From NCBI GenBank assembly GCA_964057225.1, contig OZ059898.1, forward strand, positions 12,648,001 through 12,712,000: DNA of 64,000 nt. Direction: 5' to 3'. This DNA is from Auanema rhodensis. Lineage: Eukaryota; Animalia; Nematoda. Numbering within the stretch: the first letter of the stretch is position 1; the number at the start of each line of letters is the position of its first letter. This document shows, in pieces, positions 25,201 to 38,181 of this stretch. A model generated the notes under the pieces. The model was not told where the DNA came from. It made no database searches and saw nothing but the letters and a program-made list of their open reading frames with translations. Made by a program: the position numbers and the translations under genes.

Positions 25201-28200
25201 TGATTGCGAGGTCAAAGCTAGAAGATGAACCATCGCATGAATAAAGCTCACATGTTCATCATCATCATCTTATCCGGCTAGTTAAGACCGGACTTACAAC
25301 CGCATTTGTTATTATAAAATTCAGACTAAGTAGGATAATGCTTTTATACAAAGCGTAAAAATTTTGAGATGATGATGACTACGATGACGATGACGATGAC
25401 GATGACGACGACTAGGATGACAAGGATGACTATGATGTTTTCATGAACTTTGGTCAAGCATCACCAGAATATGTGGTTATGACCCATATACGTCATATTC
25501 ATACTATCAATAAGCTCTTCTAAATATATATTTTTTGAGGTAGATCGTGTACTTTGTTTTCATTGAAATTGCCTAGAAAAACAAGAAAAAGTGCAAGAAC
25601 TATGATGTCTTTAGTCCTTTAAGTGGATACAGTAACATTACAACTCTCATCTCTCATCAAACCAATACTATTTTCATGAAATGTACATAAATATTTAAGA
25701 AAAAAAATGATTTTTTTGTTCAAAAAGTGTTTCGAAATCAAACGATGGTCCCGAATATATTCAAAATGGGAGTGAAGGACCATTTAAGCCAATAGACTGA
25801 AAACAGTGGAGAGTTTCTACCTATTTAAAGTGCAAAAAAGACGAATATTCTCATTATACTGTAATATTCGGGGCTCAACGAGAAAATTTGATAGATAACC
25901 ATGCAAGATAATATTGGATGAAAAATATACGATAAATTAAAGAGGATTAGAGAAGAAAAGAAAGAAAAGAAACATAAGTTGAAGAAGTAATTAAGATGAT
26001 AATGATGATGTATTATTCAAAAAGTACATAATGAATAGATCTAATTTATTAATTTTTGTATTATTCTTGCCACTACCCCCGGTCACCTCTCTCGCTCTCT
26101 TTCTCCCTCTCTTCCTCTGATCATCAATCTACCAATCATATGTTAAGAAATGCATATAATGAACATGAGAATTATACTTTACAATCCATATTTTGACAAA
26201 TTGCTCAAAAAGTTTTGACAATTTCAGACAATTTTTCAAGTATTTGCCGTTGGATTAGCCTTGGCATACAGGTTTCACCAATATCATTTTTGAAATGTTT
26301 AATTTTTTTCTTATTTTAAGAAAAAAAGATATATCGAACATTTTTCTAGTTTCACACTCTTTTGACTAATTTTTCTGAGAAAAAAAAGGATCAATGACAG
26401 GTTTTAACTTTATAAAACAAATGAAATCGATTGTTCTAGCCATAAAAGAAAATAAGAGCAATTATCAGACCAATCGGCAATTCAGATGCTCTAGTAAAAC
26501 ACAACTTGTAGTTAAGATTTAGAAGATTGAACTTCTGAAGTTCAACTACTGAATTCGAGGTCGAACACTTGATTTCAAATTGAATTGAATCCCTAATCCG
26601 TTTCACTCAACGATTTGAAATTATTGATTGTATTAAGTTTGACAATGTCAAATTAAGATGCAGGTTAGGGAGGGTGGTTAAGTGGAAATGTCTGATAAGG
26701 CGTCAATTATTCGTTAATTCTGATTGAGAGCGTGAAAATCTACGTGAACTACGTGATTTACTTAATTTTATTTTTTCAAAGTCAGGTATAGAAGAACGGT
26801 TGTATACTATCCCCCCCCCTCTTCTATTACTTTCTATCTCTATTGTTCTACCTCTTTGCCATACTTTCTTATCCCTCGGTTTATTTTTCTCTTTTTCTTT
26901 CTGTCTCTCTATCTTTCTGTTCTGTTGCTTCTGATTTCTCTTTGTAGTTTTCGTTCTCTTTGCAGATTGAACGACCAGAGAGAAACAACGAGACGACGTC
27001 GTTTTTGAAGACAGTGGCGAGAAGCGTTGCCCTTGAACGAAAAGAAACGACATCGATTGTTAGGCAAAGCAGTAAGAACCTGGTCAGGTATTCTCTGTTA
27101 TCTCCAACCATTTTCTCATCTTTCTCTCCGATCCTACTCGTTTGTCATCTGTAACTTTGACGATGACTTCACGAAGATCGTCAGATTGTTAATTTTACCA
27201 AAATCTGGTCAACCATCCTCAGGGCATAACATACAAGAGATAGGAAATTGAAGTTCAAATATAAATAGCGTAACACACAAAATTTTTTTTCCAAACTACT
27301 TCACCATGACTTTCTTTTCGTTCTTGATAGATAGATGGATGGATGGATGGCCATCTATGATTTTTTTTGTTCCATCTCTCTCTTTTTGTTTGGTTTGACT
27401 TTATCAATAGCAGGACAGTTATAGTTTTTACCTTCAAACTGTTGAATTTGCGGTATCATAGTCAGCTGGAACTCAACAGCAAAAAGAACAAGCAAAGCAT
27501 ATTACAAACACAATGACATCTGAGATTTGCCAATCTTTTCACTATTCTTCTTCTGCATCTCATTTTGCTCTTCCACTATTCAACATCCTCTTCTTATCAA
27601 AAAATCTGATTTCTCACTTAAGATTACAATACGTCCACGACCCATGTCTTTGGCCACTATGACAATACCGAGCTTGCTGACTCAGGTATAGCGTGACGGG
27701 ACACGGTCAAGACGAGATAAAATCCATGGAAAGGTGAAGGGAAACGTTCTCTGATTTTGCTGCTGCTGCTGCTGCATCGAATGCAGAAAAAGAAAACTTG
27801 TCAGTCAACAGCAAGCCCCCATAGAATCAGCAAAATCAGTCGACGGTTGTCGTCGTTGTGCGTGGACGTCGTCAATGAGACCGCAGTGTTGATGATCGCC
27901 AGCACATTGGTCGTTATTTGAACTGAAGGCTACATAAGGTACGGGGGTTAGGGAGAGAGGTAGAAGAAGAACAGAAATTGAAATTAGGATGACGGCTCGA
28001 GGTCGCTCTAGGCGAACGGAAAAAGATTTCAAGAGAAAAGATTTTTCTAGACTATCAAAGTTTCATCATCTCTAGAACAACGTCACGGTTGAGACCTGAC
28101 ACTGTGAGCAAAGAATCAAGGTAAATTCAGGATAGATCGTTAAAAAAGATTATATTACCTCTTCCAAAGAAATGAGAAAGACGAACGTTCAAGGGGATAT

Positions 28201-30335
28201 ACATACTCAAAGCTAGAGATATCTCATCTCTATCCCCGAAGGCAATAAGATGAAACAGAAATAAAAATTTGTTGAACTGATTGGTTCCAACATGTTCATT
28301 TTGCTTTTAAATTCGCAATCAATATCAATAATCTCATTCATTTTCTCGTGTAAGAGTGTGTGTATCCCTATTACCTTTTATTGGTTGTCTTTTCACCCCC
28401 GAAAGAGCCGATTCACATATATGATATATAGCGTCTCGGAGTATCGGACCCGGCACTAGTGATAGCATGTATTGAGATAGATAGGATAGCTTTTTCCCCC
28501 AAAAAAATGAAAAACGGAATGACAACGAAATATTGACCGTTGATAGGTGAAATACATATACACATACATACTAGCATACAGATTTGATGAAGGATTTCTG
28601 GAAAACACTTCATTCAACCCATACACCTATCCCCCACCTATCCCCTTGCCCTCTCTGTTCAACCGATTTAAGATTGTGGACGTTTTGGGAACTTCTCCTA
28701 AATATAGCAGAAACGAAAGTTGTAAAGTTGAAAATGAAAATTATATTTTATATCCAGTAGAAAAACTTAACGGAGACAAGCTTTTTTAGATATTTCTTTT
28801 CAGGTGTTTCAGGTTTTTGAGTAGTTTGTGACAGAGTTTCCCAAGATCATTATCTATTTGGTTTTGTCTGATTGAACTGTTACAGGTGTGAAAGAGAGAA
28901 TGAGTGAAAGATGAGAATATAGGAAAGGAAGGATAAGAGGCGGAAGCCAGATATTTTATCTTTTGAGACCAGCTTTTTCAAAATATCGGAATTCTGGAGT
29001 TGTTTCTTGTAAATATTGTTGTTTTTCCCAGTTGTTTCGAACGAAAAAAGGCATTTGTTGATGTTGAACAAGCTGATGAGCAATGTATGAAACACAAAAA
29101 GTTGATGAAAAGACAATTATGATTGGGGTTCAGGTATGAAGAGAGAGGCGAAGAAGATGTCAAGGAAAAGAGTAGGAGGAGTAGGAGGAGGAAGAAGTAG
29201 TAGAGGTGATGTCAATTGCCGTAGTATTAATGATGGTGGTGGTGGTGATTGAAGAACATAAGAATATAAACTTCTTACATTTGTATGTTCAAGCTGTTTC
29301 TTTTTTTTCTCGGCAATAAGGCACTTAACTGTGTTAATGACCAAAAAAAAAAGACTTCAAAACTAAGCTGGAATAATGTGAATAACACATAGATGGTAAT
29401 ACTAGAAAACATTAACACACAAAAATCATTTTGACTAAACTGATAGAGAGACACAGATAGAAAGATAGAAATTGATAGATCGTTAAAGAAAAAGACTGTA
29501 AGGAAATAGTGAAATTGAATTAGAGGATATGGGAGGGGGGGGGGAAGAGACGAAAAAAAAATAACAGGGCACAGTTAGTTTCGAGAGAAGGTTAAATGGT
29601 CAAGAACGGAAATAAATAAACCGAAAATGGACAGAAACAGCGACATTTTGATGCATAAAGAGGTTCGTTTGGCTGTAATGACGATGAAAAAAGGAAATTT
29701 CGATTAAAAAAAAACAATTTTATACTTTTAATCTCATATGTGAACTCAGCCTTTCCCCCTATTTTGTCTTCTCACTCTCTGTTCTCTATGTACATGGTAT
29801 GGTTGGAAGTTTTATGTTATTCTATGTCAGGTTGGACCCTTCTGAGGAAAACGTCAAAAACGATTTCTAAACAGCTTGCAAGTTATGAAAACAGCTTGAA
29901 ACTCAAGAGTTTCAAACGTTTTGTCCTCTGATCATTCTCTGTTTCGAATGATTTCAAGAGTCTTGTCGTCATTGACGTTTCCAGCTTCTGCTATCCTTGA
30001 AAGACGAGATAGGCGTCGCCGTTGTTGTATAAGGAGGAGAAAAAGGAGGAAAAGGTAAGAGAAGTAGATGAAGGTGTGTAGTGATGTTGTAATCGGAGGA
30101 CAGACGTCAACGGCAAAATGGAAAGGCAGTAGAAGTAGTAAACGAAACAAAAAAAAGAGAATGATTAGCAAAAACCATCAGAGAAATTCAAAAATTTGCA
30201 GTTCAAGAAAGAAGCCAAGTAAGTACTAATTACATGAAATAATTGAATATAAATAGTAATATCAAATGTAAAATGAAAGCTAACCTGTAAGCATGAGAAC
30301 CAACTGCTGATGAAGATAAACAACAACAACAACAT
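13243..30335 (-). CDS. adt-2: ADAMTS-family secreted metalloprotease with about 7 thrombospondin type-1 repeats (adt-2-like), multi-exon
   Basis: Signal-peptide exon 30335-30285 ([20 protein letters not shown]|GTTAGC) splices in phase 0 to exon 21131 (ESAAVVQFF...). Prodomain contains RSKR and DFCGLD. Catalytic motif HELGH|SVGMRHDE with Met-turn KHIMSS. WxxWxxCSxxCGxG repeats follow; last exon [15 protein letters not shown]...FYRTC* (TAG 13245-13243). The first-exon assignment across ~9.1 kb is inferred. Confidence 0.9.
14700..14980 (-). CDS. Candidate alternative terminal coding segment of the ADAMTS gene (in-frame read-through of intron 14980-14612)
   Basis: The frame stays open for ~93 codons past the G|GTGAGA donor and encodes an S/T/D/E-rich stalk followed by [23 protein letters not shown]. 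Confidence 0.55.
25368..25433. repeat. Imperfect (GAT/GAC)n trinucleotide microsatellite
   Basis: gatgatgatgactacgatgacgatgacgatgacgatgacgacgac..., in ADAMTS intron 1. Confidence 0.8.
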
Positions 30336-33300
30336 GTTGATTGGCAGGATGCCAAATACAGAATATCCGAGCTTTAAGGCTCTAAAGGAGAAGAAAAAAG
30401 CAGAGCGAGCTCCTGAAGCGGTGAAGTGGTTAATAAGAATTCGAAGTTGTAAGACAAGAGAGACACATATAGTAGAAGAAATATGAAATAACGCAAGATG
30501 TATATGAAATATATAAAGGATTGGACAAATGAACGAAAGCCAAATCAACAGTTTTTCAATAAAAAATTAGAAAAAATGGTTCTAGATAACACAATACATA
30601 GTTGATAGCGTAATACAGTAGCTCTATAATAGTAGAATGATGAGCTTGGAAAAGCTCTAGACATGTGGAAAAGACTTCATGTCGACCGGGGTATAAGACC
30701 GGCAGAGAGACACCAAGGTTTTCTGGAGTCTTGTGTTCCTTTTAAAGAACGACAAAGCAAGTGGGGGATGGAAGAAGAGAGAGCAGGAAATGCGCATAGG
30801 ATGACGGTTGGGTGCCCGCCCACTTCTCTCGCTGTGGGGGGAGAATAGACCGATGGACGAAGTCAACGCCGACGCCGACGAAGTCGACGTATGGCGCTTA
30901 TCGCTAACACAACGATGGTCAGAAGGACGTCGAATGGTTTTGTTTCTGCTATTGATGATACTGGAGGCATCAGCCATTTGAAGTAAATGGCAAATAAGAA
31001 AAAGAAGATTAAGGAAAAAAACGAAAAGAAAAAGAGAGTACGAAGAAGATAGCATAGCAAAAGAGGAGAGTCATGAGAAATAGAGTAGAAGGGGAGGGTA
31101 TTGAAATATAATGTGAGAGATAGAGTATGTTATAGATAAATACAATAGAAGAGATACTAAAGAAAGAGGGGAAGGTTAGATAATTAATAAAATCAGAGAA
31201 GGAAAACGAGAGCGAAAGGTTCAGACAGGAGAAAATAAAAAGTCATTTAGTTGAAATTGAACAAGGCTTGTGTATATGTCTATGTGTCTCATTTTGGTAA
31301 CTTAACAAAGCTTGACGGTATAAAGATCAAAAATAATACTTTGAAACGTGAAGAGATCGAAGTAATACATAGATTGTACAGTTAGCTATAGTTGTATGAG
31401 ATGTATGAAGCTTCACGTGTCTATGAGAATACATCTACGCAATACAGAGATTGAATGGGCAAAACCGTTCAGGATGGAAGGATGGGCATTTATATATGAA
31501 GTTGTAGAGCACGATTATGCGGATACATTTAGAAATCTCGAATTGGAAAAAAAGGAAAATTGTCACAAGAACATCAAGCAAACGACAAGAGGTTTATATG
31601 GAATACAAACAACAGTTATTCTAAAGATAGTCAAGCCTTTGCATACATTTATCCCAAAAAGAAATTTCAGAACAGATGAAAACTAGCCGATAGATGACGA
31701 GAAAAAGAAGAAGCCGAGACTGTTCGTGACGTACTAAATATGGAATTATGCCTGACGCCTCGCTATGTTCAACTACTTTTAGTAACAAGTTTCGAAACCA
31801 AATGATCCTATGTTTGTATGCTTTTCAAAAAAGTTTGCAAAGTGTGTTCGTAAGTACAATCGAGATGAATTACGATTACATAATTCGTAGTCGTTAAGCC
31901 TAGGATTTGAAGGTAATCGTCTCTTTTTTTTTTTTTGGAGAAAAAAAATCGAAGATTTAGCAGGTCGTAGGAGTAGGAGTAATGAGAGTGATAATAGCAT
32001 GAGAAATCACAAATGAGATGTTTGAGGAATAACCATCGCAAACTTTTTATAAGCAACTTTGAAATTAATTTTCAAATACCTGTAGGCATCTCGTTTTGAA
32101 AATGAGAAAATAGGCTTTTTAAGTTGTAGTTTGGGTGTGTGGATTCTTAAAGGTAGAGCAAAAAAAAATGCGGAGGGGGGAGTTAAACTAGATGAATGAC
32201 AGAACGAGAGGGTAAGAGAGAAAGAGAGAGAGATAGCCTATAAAGGGCAAGCGAGAAACAAACAATATCAGGCTGCACACACAACATGATCACAAGATCA
32301 AAATAAATTTTTTTTTGTACTTTTCGATTGCAAAAAGGTGAAGAAGGATGACAATCGGAAAGTGTTATGTAAACGATGATAGAGAAGCTATTACTGATTG
32401 CCATTCTATTCAACGACCAATAATCTATAGTACGTTACCAAAATTCTGAAGTTGGTTTTTGTTGTCGAACAATGCCATCATCGGCTGATTCCAGCAAAAT
32501 ATTTGATTATCATCCGGAAATGAAGATGATGACTTGTTCTGTCTTTCTTAAACGGAGGTGTATGTCTAAATGGCGGGCAACGAAGAAAATCCCAAAAAAA
32601 AATGAACTGAAATGAGAGAAATGATCAACGAGGAAATGGAAAATTTTTTGAAAATTCTGAAATTTTTATCTCAAATATATCAATAGAATTTTGATCTGTT
32701 GAGGTGTTAAACTATCTCCTTTCAAACAGTATCATTGAACAAGGCAATTGCTACTGTGGGCAAAGAAGAAGAAGAAGAAGAAGAAGGAGAAGAAAATTAC
32801 TGGATTGTTCCGAAAAAATTGAAAGACAAACCATTTTTCATTTCCTATCTTTTGTTTAAGAAAATGAGAAAAATAGTTGATCATAAAAAGGGCTATTGAA
32901 CCGTTTTTCTGAGCTTGTGGTCGGTATTCATGGTTATCAAATCATGTGAACATCTTCATTCAACATCAATTTAGTTGATTTTGTATATTCAAAAACATAG
33001 ATTTTTCTTGGAGAAGAAGAAGAAGACGACGACGACCACGACGACGGTGGCAATGAACAACGACGATGATGAAGAGAAAAAGCAATTTGAACTGTCTTCT
33101 TCTAATTTTTGGAGTTATTGGACTGTAGTTGCTGACAATTATTAGTTGAGTAGCTAGCTGTGTGGTATATCCAATGAAAACGGTTTTTGTATGTGTGGGT
33201 ACTGAAAACGAAAGGCCCATTTAGTTAATGAGTTGTTTCAAATGGAACAGTATATAGACAGATAACTAGATAGTATATGCTTTTTCTTCATCTCAAATTC

Positions 33301-33639
33301 ACTAATCGCCTTCACAGCAGCAGCATATTATGCAACCAGCATTTCGTCGTCGGTGGTTTTTGTATAAGCTTATACAGGCATTTTGAAAGGAAGATGAATG
33401 AGAGATAGAGGGAGGCATAGAGAGATAGTTTCATCATTAGGACCAGAGGCTATTTGTGAATAAAATCTAGATATGCGTATTTGAAACACGTCCAAAAAGA
33501 TAATGAAACGTTTCGAAGACTATTCTGGACACAACTCTTATTTACTTTCCCCTCAATATTTTGAAAAAAAATTTTTAAAAAATGTAAAAGAAGAGATAGA
33601 AAGAGACGGCAAGAAAGTGAAAGAAGAGAGAGAAAGAGA

Positions 33640-33680
33640 TAGTGAGAGATATATAGATAGATAGAGAGAGAGAGATAGAT

Positions 33681-33711
<31 letters not shown>

Positions 33712-33735
33712 TATAGAGAGAGAGAGAGAGAGAGA
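33640..33735. repeat. Compound (GA)n/(GATA)n microsatellite
   Basis: Alternating gagagaga and gatagata runs. Confidence 0.85.
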
Positions 33736-36700
33736 AAGTGATGGGAAAGATAGGACATTAAGAGACAGGTATCAACCGTTCTGGACGCAGTTACACGAAA
33801 AAATAAAAATTTACACGAGAGAAGAAGCGTGAAGATGTTATCGATTAATTGTGTATCCAACGTATATGTGACGTATCTTCTACGTGTATGTTCACGTAGT
33901 GCTCTGGTTGATCATGAAAAATATTTTTCAAAAATCAAATTCAATAATGCGTCATTATTGATATCAGTTTGAGAAGTGCGCATGTTCACATAAAAGTGCT
34001 CCTGATTTCTGTGATTTCTAACAACCTCTTGAGGAGGACAGGATGTTCCCGACAGTATACCGTACACCAAAGTAATTGTGATGTTATATACATTATTTCA
34101 ATATAGTCAGTTGTTGTTGATCATTACTACTAAGAAGAATTAATTTTCCAATCAAACTGACTGTTTTAGCATCATTTATTTGAGAATTGAGAAGCATTAC
34201 GAAATGATAAAAGTTTCTACGAATAAGCAATGCTAATAAGTTTTTCTCAAAACTTCATATGATAGCGTTGTATTGAATCAAACTTGATGATTTAGTAATG
34301 AATTTACATTCATTTACTTCTTCGTTTTCTTAGTTAAACAAGAATGAAATGAGGATGCCTGCAGTGAGGTGACAGCTACTTTTTCATTTTCAAGTAGACA
34401 CCCACACTACAGTTCTTACGGAATTTCAAAAAATCCTATGAATAATCTAATTCATTATGAAGTCATGTTATCATGTATGTTGTATAAACCATGTCACGTG
34501 CATTCATTTTACTGAGAACTAAACGACGAAGATGAGAGGCCAGATGAAGATGACGGCGACGACGACGACAACGACGACGCCGCCGACGACATTCCTCTTA
34601 CATGTGTTTCCACTTGCCCTTTTTGGCTAACTAGCCTCTTCTCAGATGTACACTCCTCATTCTTTATTGCTTTCGTGTATTGCAATTCAGAAAGTATATG
34701 AATAACATTATCTATCTTGTAGGCGTTACATTAGACTACTTTGAAGGACTGAAGGTAATGAGTTCTTCAACCCCCATGGAGGGAAATGATATACAAACTG
34801 TGAATGGATAATAGAATTCAACCTCATGGGAAGAACAATTCGGAAATCCGTTAAATTCCAAATCAGTTTGATGAGGGAAAGGATGGGTGTCAATGAATGA
34901 AAGTCAAAGCTGAAGTTGAAAAAATGATTTGGACGATAGAATGAGATGAAATCGGATAGCTCGTGATCAATCTAATTTGCATTTCAAAAGCATTCTTTTA
35001 CTTCTGTTCATATCTGTTCTTGTCAACCTCAATTCAATAATCTTCAGGGCGATTCATGCAAACACTTACTCATTCACCCTTTCACGCCATCCCACTCACT
35101 CATTGAGCTTGATTTCCTTTCATTTTCTTCCTAACATACTGGCATGTTTTCTAACCAGATTATATTGTGATTTGTGAAGAAGCCAAGTACTAGACGGGGC
35201 CGGCTGTACCATAAAGGTCGCCGGACTGAATGCAATGATTGACGAGCCGACATTCGGAAGACCGTTTGTCGGACACCATCATCTGGAATGAGATAATGCG
35301 GTTTTTGGAAGAAATTCCGCGAAAACCGTTCATGACTGAGTGGGTCAGATACATTTTCGAATAACGAGAGGAGTAAGAAGACGTTACAATGAGTTAAACG
35401 TGATGATGAGTGGGAGTATGATGAGGATGAGAGAATGAGGTGGATGGTGTTGGGGGGGGGATGTATTGAACTAGGAAGAAGGATATGAGTGTCAACCATA
35501 TGATTTGAAATAAACACTTATTTAAGCTTGCTTTTAAAGCCGGAGGGAAAAACACGAACACACACGTAACACACTGAATTTTATTGAAATTAAAGAATGA
35601 ACTCCTTATAAGCAGAGCTATTCTCTGAAAGACCATTAACCCTTCTTCACACACACGACGTTGAAGTTTTTGTTGTGTTGAGATCGGCAACAATCACTTT
35701 GTTATTTTATCTTTAACCTTATCTATACAACAATCACGAGAGAAACAAATTACAACGTAACTAGATGTGAGATTTTCGTCTCAGCATTATCATCATCACC
35801 TGAAATATCCGAGTAGCACGAGAACGGCACGCAAGCAAGCAAGACCGACCACAACATCGACCTCTAACTGATACAGGTGTCGTCGATGTCAGATGCTAGT
35901 TCTATCATCACCTTTATTGTGTTTGCATTCAGATTCATCATCACCACCATTATGTTCTTTTTCTAATTATTTCAGCGTTTTTTGAAGCAGCGGAATTTGA
36001 GAAAAAATGAAAATGATGAAGAAGAGATAAGCATAAAATTTGTAATTTTCTATTGAACTACTGCTGTCTATCACACTTGTCTCGGTGATTTATCAAAGTT
36101 TTCTTTAGTTTTTTTCTTCCATATATTTCTAAACTGTGAGACGAGAAACTCAGAAACTGCATAGTACATGAACACATTGCAATCATCTAACTTCCTCGTT
36201 CTGATATCTTTTCATTCTTGAAAGGGTTTCGTTTCTCTTTATCAGTATAGGTTTGTTGATTTCACTTGTCAATACAATCTATTTGTTCATGAATCTGCTT
36301 GGTATGATGCCAATTTTTCCAATTTGAATAATAGGAGAAGAAGAAGAACTGAGAACACAACGCCAACAACTCAGTGTATTCCTAATGTGGCGTCAGAAAA
36401 TCAAACAAACTAATTTTTTTTGAATGGAAAAGCTACAAAGCAAAAAAACTTTTACCATATTCCTCAATTCATATAATCTTTTCATAGTTATTATTCATTT
36501 ATTTGTTTTTTTTTGCTTTGTAAACTTGAGGAACAGGAGAAAAACAATTTTTCCTTGAAAAGGGGTCATCATCATGATCATCAACACGAAGTTTATATTA
36601 ACATGTCTTGCTATGTTTTGGTTGAAGTTTTTTTCCTGTATCTCACCTGGAAAACTGCAAAGCATGAACGACTGAGAGAAAAACGATGAAACGGCACAAA

Positions 36701-37506
36701 AAAGTGATGAAAACGATGACGAGAATAAGAGTTAAGAGGGATAAGGAAAAGGAAATATTTCTCGGAAACAAGTACAGATGTTATCATTCTCTATAAATGG
36801 AAATATATAATGAAATATCAATTCATATGTATAACTTACAAAAACAGTTGAAGAAGGAACTATAAGCAAAGATGATAGGCTATTGCTTACTGATATTGCA
36901 TATGCTGTCACAACTTGAACTTGAACTTGAATCTTGTCTTGTCAAACATCCGGAACTCTTTATTTGTATATCATTTTATTTTGAATATATGGATATTCAC
37001 ACATGAAAAATACTTAAAACAACTGATCTTTTCTAGAAAAAGAAAAGATCAGTTTTCTCATATTTTTCAAAAGTTCATTCAATTTTTTCGATGATGAAAT
37101 TGAAAATAAGTTGATCTTTAATGATTCTTCTCGTCATATTTTCGACATAAAAAAAACAGGAATGTAATCTCAGAAATAAAAATAAAGTAATTCAATATCA
37201 ATAAAAACGTATTTTTCTTATTTTTTATCGCATAATTAATTAATTTAATTTATCTAAAATTGATCATTTATAAAGTATATTAGAACTCTCTTTGGTTATT
37301 ATAAAAATTTAAAGAAAAAAAAATAATAGAAAAACTGGGAATAACTTGTCAAAATAATTTCCATTCACTCATGACATGATAGACTATTGTAAACAGTGGT
37401 CACACGAATTGAAACACAACTTTTTTTTCCTTTAATTTGAAATTTCCAAAAATCTACTGAAAAACTGAAGTCGAAACTCCTGGTCATAACCCCCTCTCTT
37501 ACTCTC

Positions 37507-37523
<17 letters not shown>

Positions 37524-37557
<34 letters not shown>
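37524..37557. repeat. (CT)n microsatellite
   Basis: Pure dinucleotide run. Confidence 0.9.
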
Positions 37558-37560
<3 letters not shown>

Positions 37561-38181
37561 GTATTCCATTTTCGGCCTTTACTATTGAACTTTGTATTAT
37601 TAATATTTACAAGGATATGCTGAATTCTCAAGTTGCAGCCAAATATAACCTGTTTAATTTAAAAAAAAAAAGAATTTATCAAAGTTTTAATGAAAAGAAA
37701 TAATTTTACATTTAAAAAAAGAAAAAGACATATACATATCTAAACTTAGTAAAATAATAATAATATATTGAATTATATTATAATTGTTGCATAGGATTGA
37801 CCTAAACATAATGAATATTTAAAATATCTCAAGTCAGTTGAGATATATGTATATATAATTAAAAAAAAATTGGAAACAATATGATATTCTGAATGTATTA
37901 TCAGTTTTCTCATCGAAATGACTCATCAGCACTTGATTATATATATGTTTAAGATTTGTTGCTGAACTTACAATTCAAGAGAAAATGATACGCTCTTTCA
38001 GTGGATTTATCAAAAAAAAAAAACAAAAAAAAAGAAATATTAGCACTAAAAGATTGAAAAATTGAGAAGACAAATCATGATGAAGTTAATTCTTTGAAAG
38101 ATCTTTCTTTAGAGGATTGTGCTGAGACTAGATGGTTGAAAACAAACAAAAAAATTTAAAAACTACAGTTTAACTGAACAT

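Noticed and set aside
25536-25605. TGAGGTAG let-7 seed at the start of a partial hairpin
   Set aside because: The first four seed-side bases do not pair and the stem needs a 5-nt bulge; this is poor pre-miRNA geometry.
27656-27698. SECIS-like ATGA...TGA pairing inside the 27.6 kb hairpin
   Set aside because: No apical AA motif, asymmetric helix, intronic/antisense position, and no selenoprotein ORF nearby.
35799-35860. Alternative signal-peptide-like exon (MLWSVLLACVPFSCYSDIS) for the ADAMTS gene
   Set aside because: It ends in phase 1, incompatible with the main phase-0 acceptor at 21131; the 30335-30285 exon fits better.
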